A stretch of 64,000 nt of DNA, taken from contig OX597819.1 of NCBI GenBank assembly GCA_951406725.2, positions 88,970,001 to 89,034,000 of the forward strand. The letters are read 5' to 3'. Positions within the stretch are counted from its first letter, which is position 1. Each line of letters starts with the position of its first letter. The DNA comes from Octopus vulgaris. Taxonomy: Eukaryota. This document shows positions 48,370 to 62,600 of this stretch, in pieces. The notes beneath the pieces were generated by a model. That model saw nothing but the letters and a program-made list of their open reading frames with translations, had not been told where the DNA came from and searched no databases. The translations under genes and the position numbers were made by a program.

Positions 48370-48886
48370 AATCTTTTACTTGTTTCAGTCATTTGACTGT
48401 GGCCATGCTGGGGCACTGCCTCGACAGGTTTTAATTGAACAAATCAACTGCAGGACTTATTTTTTTCTAAGCCTGATACTTATTCTATTGATCTCTTTTG
48501 CTGAGCTGCAAAGTTATGAGGATGTAAACACATCAACAACAGTTGTCAAGTGGTGGTGGTGGATAAACACAGGCACACATAGATACACACACACACACAC
48601 AAATATATACCGTTACCAGCATCGCCTGACTAGCACCTGTGCCGGTGGTATGTGTAAAAGATTCGAGTGAGGTTGTTGCCAGTACCACTTGACTGGCCCT
48701 GTGCCGGTGGCATGTAAAAGCACCCACTACACCCTTGGAGTGGTTGGCGTTAGGAAGGGTATCCAGCTATAGAAACTCTGCCAGATCAAGATTGGAGCCT
48801 GGTGCAGCCATCTGGTTCACCAGCCCTCAGTCATTCGTCCAGCCCATGCTAGCATGGAAAGCGGATGTTAAACGATGATGATGATG

Positions 48887-48890
<4 letters not shown>
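48370..48890. mobile_element. SINE A tail (-) fused at a CA repeat to a family D copy (+)
   Basis: Similarity to other copies. Confidence 0.85.
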
Positions 48891-48918
<28 letters not shown>

Positions 48919-48939
48919 ATATATATATATTTATTTTAT

Positions 48940-49253
48940 TTTCAAATCTATAACCTGCTTTACTGTGGAATGTGTGTGTATAAATATATAAATATATATA
49001 TATATACACGTCAAAATTGTAATGATATTTGCTTGATAACTGATGAGGGATTGAGCAGCTCTATGTCCACTCTGTGTGTGTGTATGTGTTCCTCCATATG
49101 TTCCTTTGTCGTCTTCTTGAGCTACATTTTTATTAAGTATTAAGTATTATTATTATTATTATTATTATGGTTAAGGCAGCAAGCTGGCAGAATCATTAGC
49201 ACACAGCTTTAATAATAAATGGAAATAAGAATAATGGTGGTAATAATAGTGAT

Positions 49254-49288
<35 letters not shown>

Positions 49289-49365
49289 TTTAGCCAAAAC
49301 TCATGTCAGATTAGAGGAAATATTAACAATGACAAATAGTAAAAAGAAAAATTATTATTATCATA
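48940..49365. repeat. Right arm of the inverted duplication
   Basis: See 46105-46525. Confidence 0.93.
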
Positions 49366-49794
49366 TATATTTATATATATATTTATATATTTTGTCCAAC
49401 CCATGCTAGCATGGAAGACGGACGCTAAATGAAAAATGATGATGATGGGCTTATTTCAGTGTCCATTTACCAAATCCACTTACAAGTAGGTATATGATCA
49501 AAGACATTCAATTATGATCAGCCCTTCTTTGAATGTGGTCCAGAATGTATGGGTATGTGATCTAAAATGCAGCAGCTGCACTCTCCAAGATGTGAGATCA
49601 CTCAAGTTTCACCTGAGCTTTAATGAGGATTAGTAATTGTTGAAGCCTCAAGTAATTTCTGGTCCCAAAGAGGGAATGCTTGACTTAGACAAATGTGAAT
49701 CACATAGAATCAGCTGGAAACCAAAGGGACAAGATGACATGAAATAAAACAAACTCAGCTGGAGAATGAACATGAAAATTTCATTACTTGCTAA

Positions 49795-50005
49795 AGTGGT
49801 GAGCTAGCAAAATTGTTAGCATGTTGGACAAAATGCTAAGCAACATTTCTTCAGATTATTTACATTCTAAGTTCAAATTCCATCAAGGTCGACTTTACCT
49901 TTCATCCTTTCAAGGTCAATAAAATAAGTACTAGTTACACACTGGGGTCAATGTCATTGACTAACATCTTTCCCAAAATTTCAGGCCTTGTGCCTATAGT
50001 TGAAA
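49795..50005 (+). mobile_element. SINE family B
   Basis: GGTCGACTTTACCTTTCATCCTTT..TCAGGCCTTGTGCCTATAG. Confidence 0.8.
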
Positions 50006-50889
50006 GCCATACATTACTTGCTAGATAATCATCACAGTTCTATGGTACTTGCACAGTTGGAGAAAACACCTATAGAAATATAAAGCTTTTATAGTAACTA
50101 TGCTACTTTGCTTAAGAAAACAGCATCTGAATTACATTAACTAGTTACTATTCACACAAATGAAGTTTTCTTGAACTGTGTGTTATTATTCTTCTGAACT
50201 GATATCTTTCTATTGAACATAGAATTGAATCTAACCATTCTTTTATTGATTTCTCTTTGAACCTATATTTGGCAGCACCAACAACTAAAATCTGTTGTTG
50301 CTTGTTTTTCAAATGAACTACCGTCTTGGCACATTTATACTCCTTTCTCACTCAGTTAAGTTAATAATATATTTATCTTTTGGCTACAAGTTAATACTTT
50401 TGTTCAATGCATTCTTAAATGCAAGTCATATTCTAGAAAGTTAGAACTGAATCTGAAAGCAAATCAGGAGAAAAATAAGCAAATCCTCCAACTCCTTTGG
50501 CAAACACAGAATACTGTCTTTGCATTACATTGTGTCTTATAGAAAATATTCATTAACACTGCTATCTTATGAGTCACTACTCACATGTGTAATAGTGGAT
50601 AGGATATTTACTATTGTCATGCTAATTAATCCTAACTTAACCAATACGTTTTCTGTAGTTCATGAATACATCTTCACTCACCTCATGTCTTCTTCATAAT
50701 TGAGCCAAGTACTCTCTGCTTCTGCTGTCACTACTACCACAATGGTCTCCCTATGTCTGAACTTGCTGGCAGATCAACACTTCTAACCTAGACCCTTAAA
50801 TCGTGTTTGCTTTTCTCTTCCCCATTAACCCATTTGTTACCATATTGTTGTTGAAATTAAAAACAAAAGCTGTTGCTTTAGTCAATGTT

Positions 50890-51260
50890 TGCTTTGTAAC
50901 CACATGATTTCAGGTTCAGTCCCACTATACAGCACCTTTGGCAAGTATTTTCTCCAACTGCTCCAGACCAACCAACCAACAGGCTAACCAATACTCTGTG
51001 AGGGAATATTGATAAATGGAAACTGTGTTGAAGTCCATCATGTGTGTGCATGTGTATGTGTGTGTCCTCAACTGTTTGACAACCAGTGTTGGTTTATTTA
51101 CATCCCAGTAATGTAACAGTTTTGGTAAATGAGAGTGATAGAATAAGTAACAGACTTTTAAAAAATAAGTACTGGTGTTAATTTGTTCCACTACTAAACC
51201 CTTCAAGGCAGAGCCCTAACAAACTGCAGTCCAATGACTGGAACAAGAAAAAGATAATTG
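50890..51260 (+). mobile_element. SINE family A, diverged
   Basis: Head and tail matches. Confidence 0.75.
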
Positions 51261-51804
51261 TTTACTAAAAAAAATAACTGAAAGATTGTCAGTTTATTTG
51301 CATCCTGTAACTGGCACTGCTTTGGGTCAAGAGGCAAAACATTTATCTCTCAAATGGCCTTGCCTATCTAGTTGAAAGGATAGTGTTGCAGGATAGGAAT
51401 AACTCATGGTTCCAGTTAGCAGCATTTCTGTAGAACTGGTGAGGTGCTTCAGTTCATTGGTCCATTAGTGTGCAGGGATGGTGTATTAATTCTTCCTGAG
51501 AATATAGCTTGGTTGATGAGCTCTCCCAAGATAACCCCCATTCCACTTCACCCCAGATGCATTTAATCAAGACCATTTGTTTAATGCCTTACAATCCAAT
51601 AGATTAAAACTCCTGCCCCTTGAACACATTCCAGGGATCTATTGTATGCGTTCTGATGTGCCTAGTGAAATGAAAAGTAAATGGGGGGTGGAGGGGCAGA
51701 ACATGAAATATAAAAGCAAACTTTTAGAAATAGCTGACAAGTCTTGCCAAATATTTTTTGAAAAAAGGAAGTATGCATGTGGTCCTTGGTACACCGTCTG
51801 TACT

Positions 51805-52022
51805 TATGAGAGGGTGCTGAAAAGTTCCTGACTTTAAGGGTATCACGAAAGGCCTCATTGGATGCCCAACCTTCCGAGTTCTTTTACAGGGCTTAGAAAA
51901 ACTGAAAGACATCTGCAACAAGTATGTGAATCTGAAAGGGGAGGGAATGTGTTGCATAAAATCATAATTAATTGATCCCCCTGTATTTTCTTTTACCCAA
52001 AGCCAGAAACTTTTCAGCACCC
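51805..52022 (+). mobile_element. Mariner-derived MITE
   Basis: TIRs GGGTGCTGAAAAGTT / AACTTTTCAGCACCC. Confidence 0.85.
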
Positions 52023-54434
52023 ACTTGCACTTGTAAATGCACACACATTAGATGTTCACAGCTGGAACACATTTGATCATAAGTTTTGTTTCAACCAAGT
52101 TTGACCTGCAGCTAAAAATCCATGAATTTTGAAAGCTGAAAATTAATGAGTTTATTTTGCATAAGTTACAGTAAGTTGCCTTATCATTATCATAAACTCT
52201 GTCTTGCATATATATCTTTTGGCTACAGTTCCTGCTTGTAACTGATATACTCTGTATAATTGTTTTTGTTATATAACTGAATTATATGAGAAGTGTTGGT
52301 AATTCATGTTACTTATTTAATGTGACTGTATTATTAAGATATATTTTTTTTACTGGTTTTAGTCATTGAACTGTGGCCATACTGTAGCCCCTGTCTCTAA
52401 TGGTTTTAGTGAATTATATCAACCTCAGTATTTGTTTCAGTCTAGTACTTCTTTTTGTTTCAGTCTGGTACTTCTTTTTGTTGAATTGCTAAGTTACATG
52501 ATATGAAAAGCCACAATCATAAACAATACACCAAAAACACAAACAGACTTTGACACACTCATACACATAAAATGTGATTAGACAGATAGACAGTATGCAT
52601 GCAAAGCAGTACTGTGAAAAAAAAACTTTTAGATCAGTTCAAATATGTTTGGGACATGTTGTTGCTGTTGTTGTTATTGTTACTATTATTATTATTATTT
52701 GATTTATGATTTACTGATATACTACAAGTAAATTTTCATATTTGTCATGAATTTAGACAGCTTCAGAAAGTCTAAAAACCACCTTAATTTTATTGAACAT
52801 AGCTATTTTGCTTGTTCTAATTTCAATCTTTACAAGCCCCTCTTTGCCATGAGAAACACTGATTGCTCTACAAGACAATTTTGTCAGTTACTTAGCACTT
52901 AACAGGTTAGGTTTTTCTACTAATGTCCATTTAACAAAATAAAATACACTACAGAGTGAAAAAATCAAAGTGTTTTGAGATTTAGAAGAAGATAAAAAAA
53001 TGATAATAAAAAAAAAGGGGGAAAAAGAAAAGTGTATCCCAACCCACAACCTTGTCAGAGCACTATAAACGGGTCTTTGGTTTTATCTAATATTGCACAT
53101 TGAGGAAGCCAGATTTCCAAACTTGTAGCAACATTGGCTTTTGAAGTTAATATAATCAATGTCAAAGGTCAAAACTCATTGTTGTTTACAATTACACCTA
53201 TTGCTCAGAAGTAGGGATAGAAAGTTTCATGGAATGCAATGATTGGAGATGAAAATGTTAGAAGGCGGCTCTTTGATCTTATGCTAGACTGGAATGGAAA
53301 TTACCATTCTTGCATTGGAGATTTTTATACCTTCAGTTGACATTCGGAAATTGCTTAAGTTACATTGTGCTATATCATTTCCTCTTTCTCTCTTATTTCT
53401 CTCTCTCTCTCTCTCTCCTTTTTTGTCTTCAACTCTTATTCCCTCTGTGCATTTCTATGTGTGTTTGTATGTGTGTGAGTATGTGTGTGTGTTCTGTTAT
53501 TCCCTTACTAGTTTTAGTCATTGTGTGTGTTACTGCCATGGCAAGTAGTTAGCCTATTTGTATTCAATTCACTCAGATGTACTATATTATTCATCTCTAT
53601 TTATTGAACTGTTAAGTTAAATGACAACTGGACACAACATAATTACAACATCGGTTTTTAAGAAGTGTAAGCATAAACATGGACACACACAAGTAAATAC
53701 ATACATATATGTGTATATATATATCTATATGCGTGTATATATGGGTACATGAATGCATGTGCGTGTGTGTGTACCAATAAGTTCATTTGTACTTGTATGT
53801 ATGTGTATGATAAGGTAGTTATCATTTTAGCTCTCATGAAATTAGCTTCCCACTCACCAACTTCCTTTTCGATATGAAGTTCTTCAGCTGTGTTTTACTC
53901 CAAAATTTTCAATGGTCTTGTAGTTGCCTTCAGCTGTATTTTAACTACAAATTTCTCTTAAAGCCTTTTGATATTATTTAGCAGTTGTTGTTTAGCTTCA
54001 AGTAAGCCCTAATCAAAAGCATTCCAGTTATAGACCATCCTGTCATTTTGTATATCAGGAACTGCATGGCCCAATATATCCTCAAGGTGGCAGGTTAAAA
54101 TTTGAGAGAAATTTCAGCTACTATTTCTGACAAACTGTGTTACCACATGGAAGTCTCCTAGCTGGCTAATTGTTTAGTTTTTGTGAAGTATAAATAATGT
54201 GTGAGTGGGTTATAATGTTAGCTTCCTTCATGAATATAGTTTAGCCTGAAGGGGAAGTAGAGTATCTGTAATTTTTTACAGACCATTTTAGACAGCTGGA
54301 TGAGGTTTCCCAGACTGTTGTAGATAGACAGCTGAATAAAGTTAATATTAGGATATGTTCATTTTGAACTTCTGAAGGTCAGTGTTTCAGATGAAACACA
54401 TAAGAAAATAAGAAACTCCAGAAGATTTGACAGA

Positions 54435-54845
54435 GGCGCAGATGTAGCTGTGTGGTAAGAAGCTTGCTTTCCAACCACATGGTTCAGGGTTCAGTCTCAC
54501 TGCATGGCACCTTGGATGAGTGTCTTCTACTATAGCTCAGGTCAACCAAAGCCTTGTGAGAGGATCTGGTAGATGGAAACTGAAAGAAGCCCATTGCATA
54601 TAAGTATATGTTTATGTGTGTGTATCATTGCATATGTGTCCCCACCCCCACCATTGCTCGACAACCAATGTAGGTGTGTTTACATCCCTGTAACTTAATG
54701 GTTTAACATAAGAGACCGATAGAATAAGTACTATGTTTACAAAGAATAAGTCCTGGGGTCAATTTCTCCGACTAAAAATGCTTTAAAGAAGTGCTCCAGC
54801 ATGGCTGCAGTCAAATGACTGAAACAAATAAGAGAGTAAAAGAGA
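54435..54845 (+). mobile_element. SINE family A full-length copy
   Basis: GGCGCAGATGTAGCTGTGTGGTAAG ... GACTGAAACAAATAAGAGAG. Confidence 0.9.
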
Positions 54846-56644
54846 GTATTTAGTATGTGGTCTAATATGTTTAACCTCTTTGATACCAAACCACCTGAAA
54901 CTGCTCTTGTTTTAATTTAGATTACTTCAAAAAATGAAGTTTGTAACAGAGAACCATTACATTAATATTTCATGTTATGTTCCAAAACCCCAGCTTAATA
55001 GCTTTTTATCTTTTACTTGTTTCAGCTATTGGACTGCTTACCAAATTTTTAATAAGTTTTATACTTATTTTACAGGCCTATTTTGCTGAACTACTAAGTC
55101 AAGTAGTGGGAGAGACAAACCCACACACAAAGTGAACTTCGATGCATTGGTCTCCCTGGAGCTATAATAGATTTCACTTGCCCAAAGTGCCATACAGGAA
55201 AACTGAACCTGAAACCAGGAGTTCACAAAGCCAGCTTCTTAACCACACAACTTAATCCTCATATTTTACCAAAGTTGACTTTGCTGTTCATTCATTCATT
55301 CCAAAATTGGGAAACTATCATCTCAGCTGAGAACTGGAGATTAATTCAATCAACCATGCTTCTTTTCCATTTACACTCTCATTAGAATATATTAGAGGTT
55401 CCCAAATCTATAGAATCTAGGAAAATTTGCTGCCTTTTAGTTCCAAGTCTTAAGACAACCAGGCAATTTAATCAATAATTTGGAGCAAAAGAAAGTTAAC
55501 TCCACTAATTGTCATTTACTCAAGCATTACTTGCAGATATTTTCTATACCTGAACAAGAAACAACTTTGTTTGCTTCAGTTTACCTGGTTGATAACCGGT
55601 TCCACTTTCATTTCATTGTTGAGTGGTTAGCAGTGAGAAAAGTATCCATTTGTAAAAACCAATTGCTCCCTAACACTATGACAATGCCAAAGCTGTTGTA
55701 TGTAATATGCAGTAGTGAGGTGGGAATCATATTTATGCTAGCATGGAGAAATTGATGTATATAAATCAGGAAAAAGATTGGAAACCTCATTGGCGCTGTT
55801 ATCACTTTTCAAAGTAACACTGAGAGTTTATGATAGAACAGTGAAAAGAGAGGGGAAAAAAAGAGCATTTTAGACACCTCATCATCTATCAGCATCTTTA
55901 GAGACAAACTTAAGCATCAGTATCTTCACAAAAGTTTGAGGCTTAAATGAATAATTCTACATATTAGAAAACCTATCCTCTATCACAAAACAACCTCATA
56001 TTCCAGTTTCTGATCTTCTCATACCACTTCTCTCATGGCTACACCCCTCTCTTATGATCATCTTCCCTTTCTTGAAGCCACCCCTTTCAATTCACATACC
56101 ACACCTCCAAACGTACATCGTCCTTTCACTTCAATCCCTACATTTACAAGCTTGCAGCCAAAACACCAACCCCTAATCCTCTCCCTTCTTTACTCTCAGA
56201 TAAAAGGCAACAGGTTGAAATGTTAGTCTTCAACCCTTGCAGCAACTCATTATTATCTCCATTATCAATTCCATCGTTATTCTCATCCTATAGAGTAATT
56301 GTTGATGACATGAGCCATCAGTTTCCTCAAATTTCTGATTTTACCATAATGATATTGAATTTTGCTGCAAACTATAATTTCACTTGCTTCTATTATTATT
56401 ACTGCAGGGCAGTGGATAGTAGAGTCAGTAGAAAAGTTAACGAAACGCTTTATGACTACTTAGATTCTGAGCTCAAATCCCAACTAGGCTGATAAATACC
56501 AGTCAACTACAAAAGTGTAATTTTAATTGACTAATTCTTTCTTCAAACTGTGTGACCCTGTAATTATGTTAGAAATAATAATTATTATTGAATACAGAAA
56601 TGGTAGTTTACTGAACTAAATGCTTTCCCATACTTAGTTGCCTC

Positions 56645-56868
56645 AAGGCAGCAAGTTGGCAGAATCACTAACGCAATGGGCAAGACGCTTAGCGGCATAT
56701 CGTCTGTCTTCACATTCTGGGTTCAAATACAACCAGGGTCAATTTTGCCTTTCATCTTTTTTGGGATTGATAAAATAAGTACCAGTTGAACTGAACACCA
56801 CGGTCAATGTAACTGACTTATCCCCACCCCTGAAACTGCCGGCCTTGTGCCAAAATTTGAAACCAATA
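56645..56868 (+). mobile_element. SINE family B
   Basis: Family B head and body. Confidence 0.8.
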
Positions 56869-57509
56869 TTTAGTTCCCTCACTCTACAGTCAAAATTCTA
56901 ATTCAACCAGAGCTATCTGTCCAAAGTCATGACCCATAACCCATAGCATATCCCCATTCACTTTTTAATCATTCTGGGGTTCAGAATTGTCACTTAGTGT
57001 TTTTTGACAAGAATTTTCATTAACATTAAGGATCTTTCTTTTCATTATAAGTGTAATTTTTAGTGATTAAAGATTTGTTATAGTTCATTACATTAAGTTT
57101 GTTACATCCCACCCCTAAAAATAAGTCCTAGTCAAGTACTGGATCAATTCAATATACTATAACCAACCTCTTATAAATTTGTGATATTGCATCAATGTGA
57201 AAAATCACTGTCATTTTGTGATTAATTATCTTCATTATTATCATTACTACTGCTATTCTTACAATTGCTATTGTTTAATACCATTATTATTAATATTGGC
57301 TTAGTCTCAGATAATCTTCTCTGGTTATATCACACTGACGTAGTACTATAGCCAATGAGAGTTATCTAAACAATGGTTATTGCTAATTAAAATTTATTAC
57401 AAGAAGCTAAAAATTATTATAAGTACCAGAGTCGTTAATTTCAGCTAATTCCTGCTAAAATTTCAAGCCTTGAGCCAAATTATCATAATCATTATCATTA
57501 TTATCGTTA

Positions 57510-58110
57510 TTAAGGCGGTGAGCTGGCTGAATTGTTAGCATGCCAGGCAAAATACTTGCAGCATTTCATCCATCCTTATGTTCTGAGTTCAAATTCCACC
57601 GAGGTCAGCTTTGCCTTTTCTTCCTTTCAGAGTCAATAAAATAAGTACCAGTCAAGTTCTGGGCTTGATGTGAGAGACTTACCCCCTCCCCACAAATTTC
57701 AGGCCTTGTGCTTATAGTAGAAAAGATTATTATTATTATTATTGTTGTTGCTGTTGTTGTTAAGGTAGTGAGCTGGCAGATTCTTTAGCATGCCAGGTAA
57801 AATGCTTAGTGGCATTTCATCCATCTTTACTTTCTGAGGTCAATTTTGCCTTTCATCCTTTTGGGGTCAATAAAATAAGTACCAGATGGCCATTCCATCC
57901 CTTGAAACTGCTGGCCTTGTGGCAAAACTTGAAATCATCATCATTATTATTATTATTAGTATTATCATTGTTAGGATGGTTGATTGGTAGAATCATTAGA
58001 GCATCTGACAAAATAGCTTGTGGTATTTGTTGCAGATCTTTACATTCAAAGTTCATTTCGCACCAAGCTCAACTTTGCCTTTCATCCTTTCAAAGTAAAT
58101 GAAATAAAAT
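57510..58110 (+). mobile_element. Three tandem SINE family B copies separated by (ATT)n/(GTT)n
   Basis: Repeated AAGGCGGTGAGCTGGC..TTTGCCTTTCATCCTTT. Confidence 0.82.
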
Positions 58111-58379
58111 ACCATCCAAGAACTGTGTGGAGAGGAGAGTCGAAGGATAGACTTGTTATACCTCAAAAAAATATAATTTATCAACTCATCTCTGTGAGGA
58201 AAAATACGTTTGCAGAAGTAATTGCAACAATGAAAGCTCATAAAGCATCAAGACTAGTGAGAAGTAAAACCTTAATCTAAAGAGCGAAATAAGAACATAT
58301 GTCACAGCTCTCGCAAATCAAAAAGAGAGAGTGGCATTCTAAACAAAGACAAGCTGTATACTCTAAAGAGAATGTGCTG

Positions 58380-58426
<47 letters not shown>

Positions 58427-58459
58427 TATATCACAGCACATTCTCTTTATATATATGTA

Positions 58460-58525
<66 letters not shown>

Positions 58526-61500
58526 CATGTATTACCAGCTATATAAACTACTTCAGTTTAACTGTTTCTGAGATTGACTAGATGCCTCTTCAAGAAAGAA
58601 AGGAATTCATAGTTAACCTACAAACTATTCTCACAGACAACATTAAAACAAAGAGAATCTAAAAAGCAAGAGAAGATAAAGAAAATAACTAATTGTTTAC
58701 TAAAGTTGAAAGTTATCAATTTACAAGGAATTTCACTTTTGGTAAAAGTGATACTCCAAGAGTGATGTCTCAACATTTACGAATTTAGTCAACCATTAAT
58801 AACTCAACCCACTAAGAAGAGTAATAATAATAATAACAATGACAGCAAAACTAATACAGTCATGAGGACTTAACATGGCATTGGCTGGGTGAGTGGGGGG
58901 TGCAGTGAGATAGGTTACATCTGGTGTTTTTTGAAGATTCTATCATAGAACTTTTTATTTTCAAATAAAACTTTTCTGGGCAATGGCCAGCTTTCAGCAT
59001 TTGTACCATTTTAGCTTGAAGTAAGTCAATATTGGCAGTAAACGAAAAACAAAACCCCTCGCTGCACGCAGGCATTCACACACACATGCATGCATACACG
59101 CACGTGCACACACACACACACACACGTCCATATATTTCTTCATAATCATCTTCACCATTTTAATGCCCACTCTCCCATGTTCGCATTCAGTTGGATGAAA
59201 TTTGTTGATGCGAATTTTCTAGATAGATGTCACTTCCTACCATTAACCCGTAACTGTTTCCAAGCAAGGCAATATTTTCCCATGACTAGATATGTTTTCA
59301 CAGAATATTGGAAACAAAAGACACAGCTTGCAAAGAGGATAACACTCATTTACAGCTATCACACAATGTCAAGGCAAGGAGACAGTAACACACACACACA
59401 TTTAATCATGGGAAATAATTCTTGCTAGGAAACATGTGAAGGTTGGTGACAGGATAGGCATCCAGCCATAGAATATTTGCCTCAACAGATTTTGTTTGAC
59501 CCATGCAAACATGGAAAATAGAAGACATTAAATGATGATGATGATGATGATGTATTTATTCAGTGAAACTTCAAAAAAATTTTATCAGTGTATTATTCAG
59601 TGAATGAAAAGCAGGACAAATTTAGTACCCATGATACATTTTCAGCATCATTATTATTATTATTAGAGCAACTGCATATATACCAACTTGTCTGGAGCAA
59701 AGTATGGCTGAAGTTGGGTTCTTGCAGAGTGAATGCAAATCCTTAATTCATAAACTACAAGGTGATTATAATATTTGGGACTATAAAATCTACAAAACCT
59801 TCTTAAGACTTAAAGGATGATGAACAAAGCAAGATGCTTTCCTTTACAATCTTGCTACCAAGTAGGCGGTCAGTCAAAATTTGATCTAAATTAAAAAATG
59901 AACAAATGAACGAATATGCATATGATGGGTTTCTTTCAGTTTCCATCTACCAAATCCATTCATAAGGCTTTGGTCAGCCCAAAACTTATTAATAGAAGAC
60001 ACTAGTTCAAGGTGCCACAGTGGGAATGAACTTTGAACCATGTGAATCAGAAGCAACAACCACACCTGCACCTTCTCTAGAAACTCACGCCAATCAATAC
60101 ACGTGAATTATCCTCACCAGAATTCCATTGTTACTTTTTTTAAACCCCTCACTACCCAGCAATATGTTTTGAGCAATTACTAATCTCAATCACTTTTAAA
60201 CACAAAATGAATTGCATCAATTTCCACACAACATTTATTCCACTCCTTCTTTTCCCCATTTTTTCTCTAAGGAAGATCCATTACATTCCATCGAGACTTT
60301 ATTTTCCTAAAACAGCTAACTAGAAAAGAAAAGAAAAAAAAATGTGTAATCCGGACAAGACAAGGAAAACATCACGTGAGATGTTTACTGATTAGATCTG
60401 ACACAATTCATTAAAAAGAAAGAAAAAAAAAAGACTCTCCAAGATTCCCCCTACACAACAAATTCCAAAATAAACAGCCATTTGATAAAAGATTGAAGTT
60501 TGTGAAACCTAATGGGTTCATATCTAGAATCTTTTGCCACTCTCTGTTTAGAAATAACTGCTATAGTTGGTGTCTGGCCAGGAAATATATTGTTGGAAAC
60601 AGCATATTGATTCACTCAAACCAAAAAAATGTAACAAAGAAAGAAAACAAAACAAAAAAATATATATATAAAAAAAGAACAGGAACTGCTTTGTGTTGCT
60701 CTCTATATCACCGTGACTTGATTTCCAAATAAATTATTTCCAGTTAATGATGAGGTTTATTCCAACTGAAATTGTTGCCATGCTTTGATATGAAGTACTA
60801 CTTTCATGTAGCTTGAGGAGGTTGGTTGTATTGTGGATGGGGTGGGGGTGGGGAAAGAAATGTAACAAAATAAAAAAAATATATATATATATAAAGGGAA
60901 AAAAAAAACGAGTATTTATTCAATCAAGGTTAAGTCAACAATGGAACACCTGGTGTCTTACACCCAATTACAGGTTGAAAACTCTTCAGAAAGAATTTGA
61001 AAACTGAAAATTATTTTACAGAACAGTATTAGTGAAGTTTCTTGTCAGGAGGGAGATCTTGCATACATAATTTTAACAAAAAAAAAATTAAAATAAAAAA
61101 AAGTTTTAACTTAATTTTCTTTCTTAGCAGAGGAAAAAAACATAAAAAATAGAATAAAATGATAATTCCAGAAAGATAAAATAACAAAAAAAAAAAAAAA
61201 AAATCCAGAATAACATTTCAAAATATCAAGCAACATAATTGCTTTTACTTTAGAGAACACAGCTCCTGTATTAGTTTGAGTTTGTGTAATTCTTTTTGTT
61301 TAAAAATGTCTTTGTTTTAACCCTTTAAAATAACAATTAGTAAAAGAAAATAGTTATAGTTTTAAAAGGTCACTGTTATTTTATAATTTATTGAACCAGA
61401 TGATTTTATAATTACAAATATATATATATATATCAAACGATAGATAGATATAAAGGAAAAGAAAAAACAAAGCCAGTAAACTCTAATGATACACTTTCAT

Positions 61501-61611
61501 CTAAATCAAACTTTATTTTATTTCCCATGAGTCAATGATAAATATAAAGTCAGAATTTTTTAGAGATCTTAGATAAATACATAAAATAAGTAAATAAAAA
61601 TAATAAACAAA

Positions 61612-61884
61612 GGTGTGGGCGTGGCTGTGTGGTAAGCTGTTTATTTCCAAACCACATGGTTCTTGGTTCAGTCCCACTGCATTACAACTCAGGCAAGTGC
61701 CTACTACTATAGCTCCAGGGTTAAATTGGTGAGTAAATTTGGCAGATGGAAACCGAAAGAAGCATATCCTGTGTGTGTGTGTGTCTGTGTGTCGTTGCAC
61801 ACCACTTTACTACAGGTGTTGGCCTGTCTGCCTCCCCATAACTTAGTGGCTTGGTAAAAGAGACTGACAGATTAAATAGCAGGC

Positions 61885-61964
<80 letters not shown>

Positions 61965-62057
61965 CAAAAATACTGGGGTCAAGTTGTTTGACTAAAACCC
62001 CTTCAAAGTAGTACTCTAGCATGGCCAATGTCCAATGATTGAAACAAGTAAAAGATA
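61612..62057 (+). mobile_element. SINE family A with a (TA)n(GT)n insertion in the tail
   Basis: Head and tail matches. Confidence 0.82.
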
Positions 62058-62194
62058 AGGGGGGGGGGTAAACAAGTACAAGCCTCAGTTGACCTGTGGT
62101 TGTTGTTTAACCTCAGGTCAGCGCTTATTGATCAGACTTATGATCAAAGGCATTCCAGCTGTGAACATGACATCTTTTTTAAGAACTATACAGG

Positions 62195-62600
62195 GGGTTG
62201 GGGGTGCTGAAAAGTTCCTGGCTTTTGATAAAAAAAAAATACAGAGGGATCAGTTAATTATGATTTTATTGAGCATATTCCCCTCTTAGATTCATACACT
62301 TATTGCAGTAGTCCTTTAACTTTTCTAAGCCCCATAAAAGAACTCAGAAGGTTGGGCTTCCAACCAGGCCTTTCACAATACCCTCAAAGGCAGGAACTTT
62401 TCAGCACCTACCTCCTAGCATGCTATGAAAGCAAACCAAACTATGAGGGGGTACTTGAAAAGTTCCTGGCTTTGGGTAAAAGAAAATACAGGAGGATCAG
62501 TTAATTATGATTTTATTGAACATATTCTCCTCTCAGATTCACACACATATTGCAGTGGTCCTTCAGTTTTTCTAATTCCTGTAAAAGGAAGTCAGAAGGG
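62195..62600 (-). mobile_element. Two mariner-derived MITEs (62195-62412 full, 62440-62600 partial)
   Basis: Reverse complement of 543-750 and 34215-34425. Confidence 0.85.

Noticed and set aside
49035-49075. CTGATGAGGG as a third hammerhead (mirrored at about 46430)
   Set aside because: No stem II closure or GAAA; at most a deleted relic.
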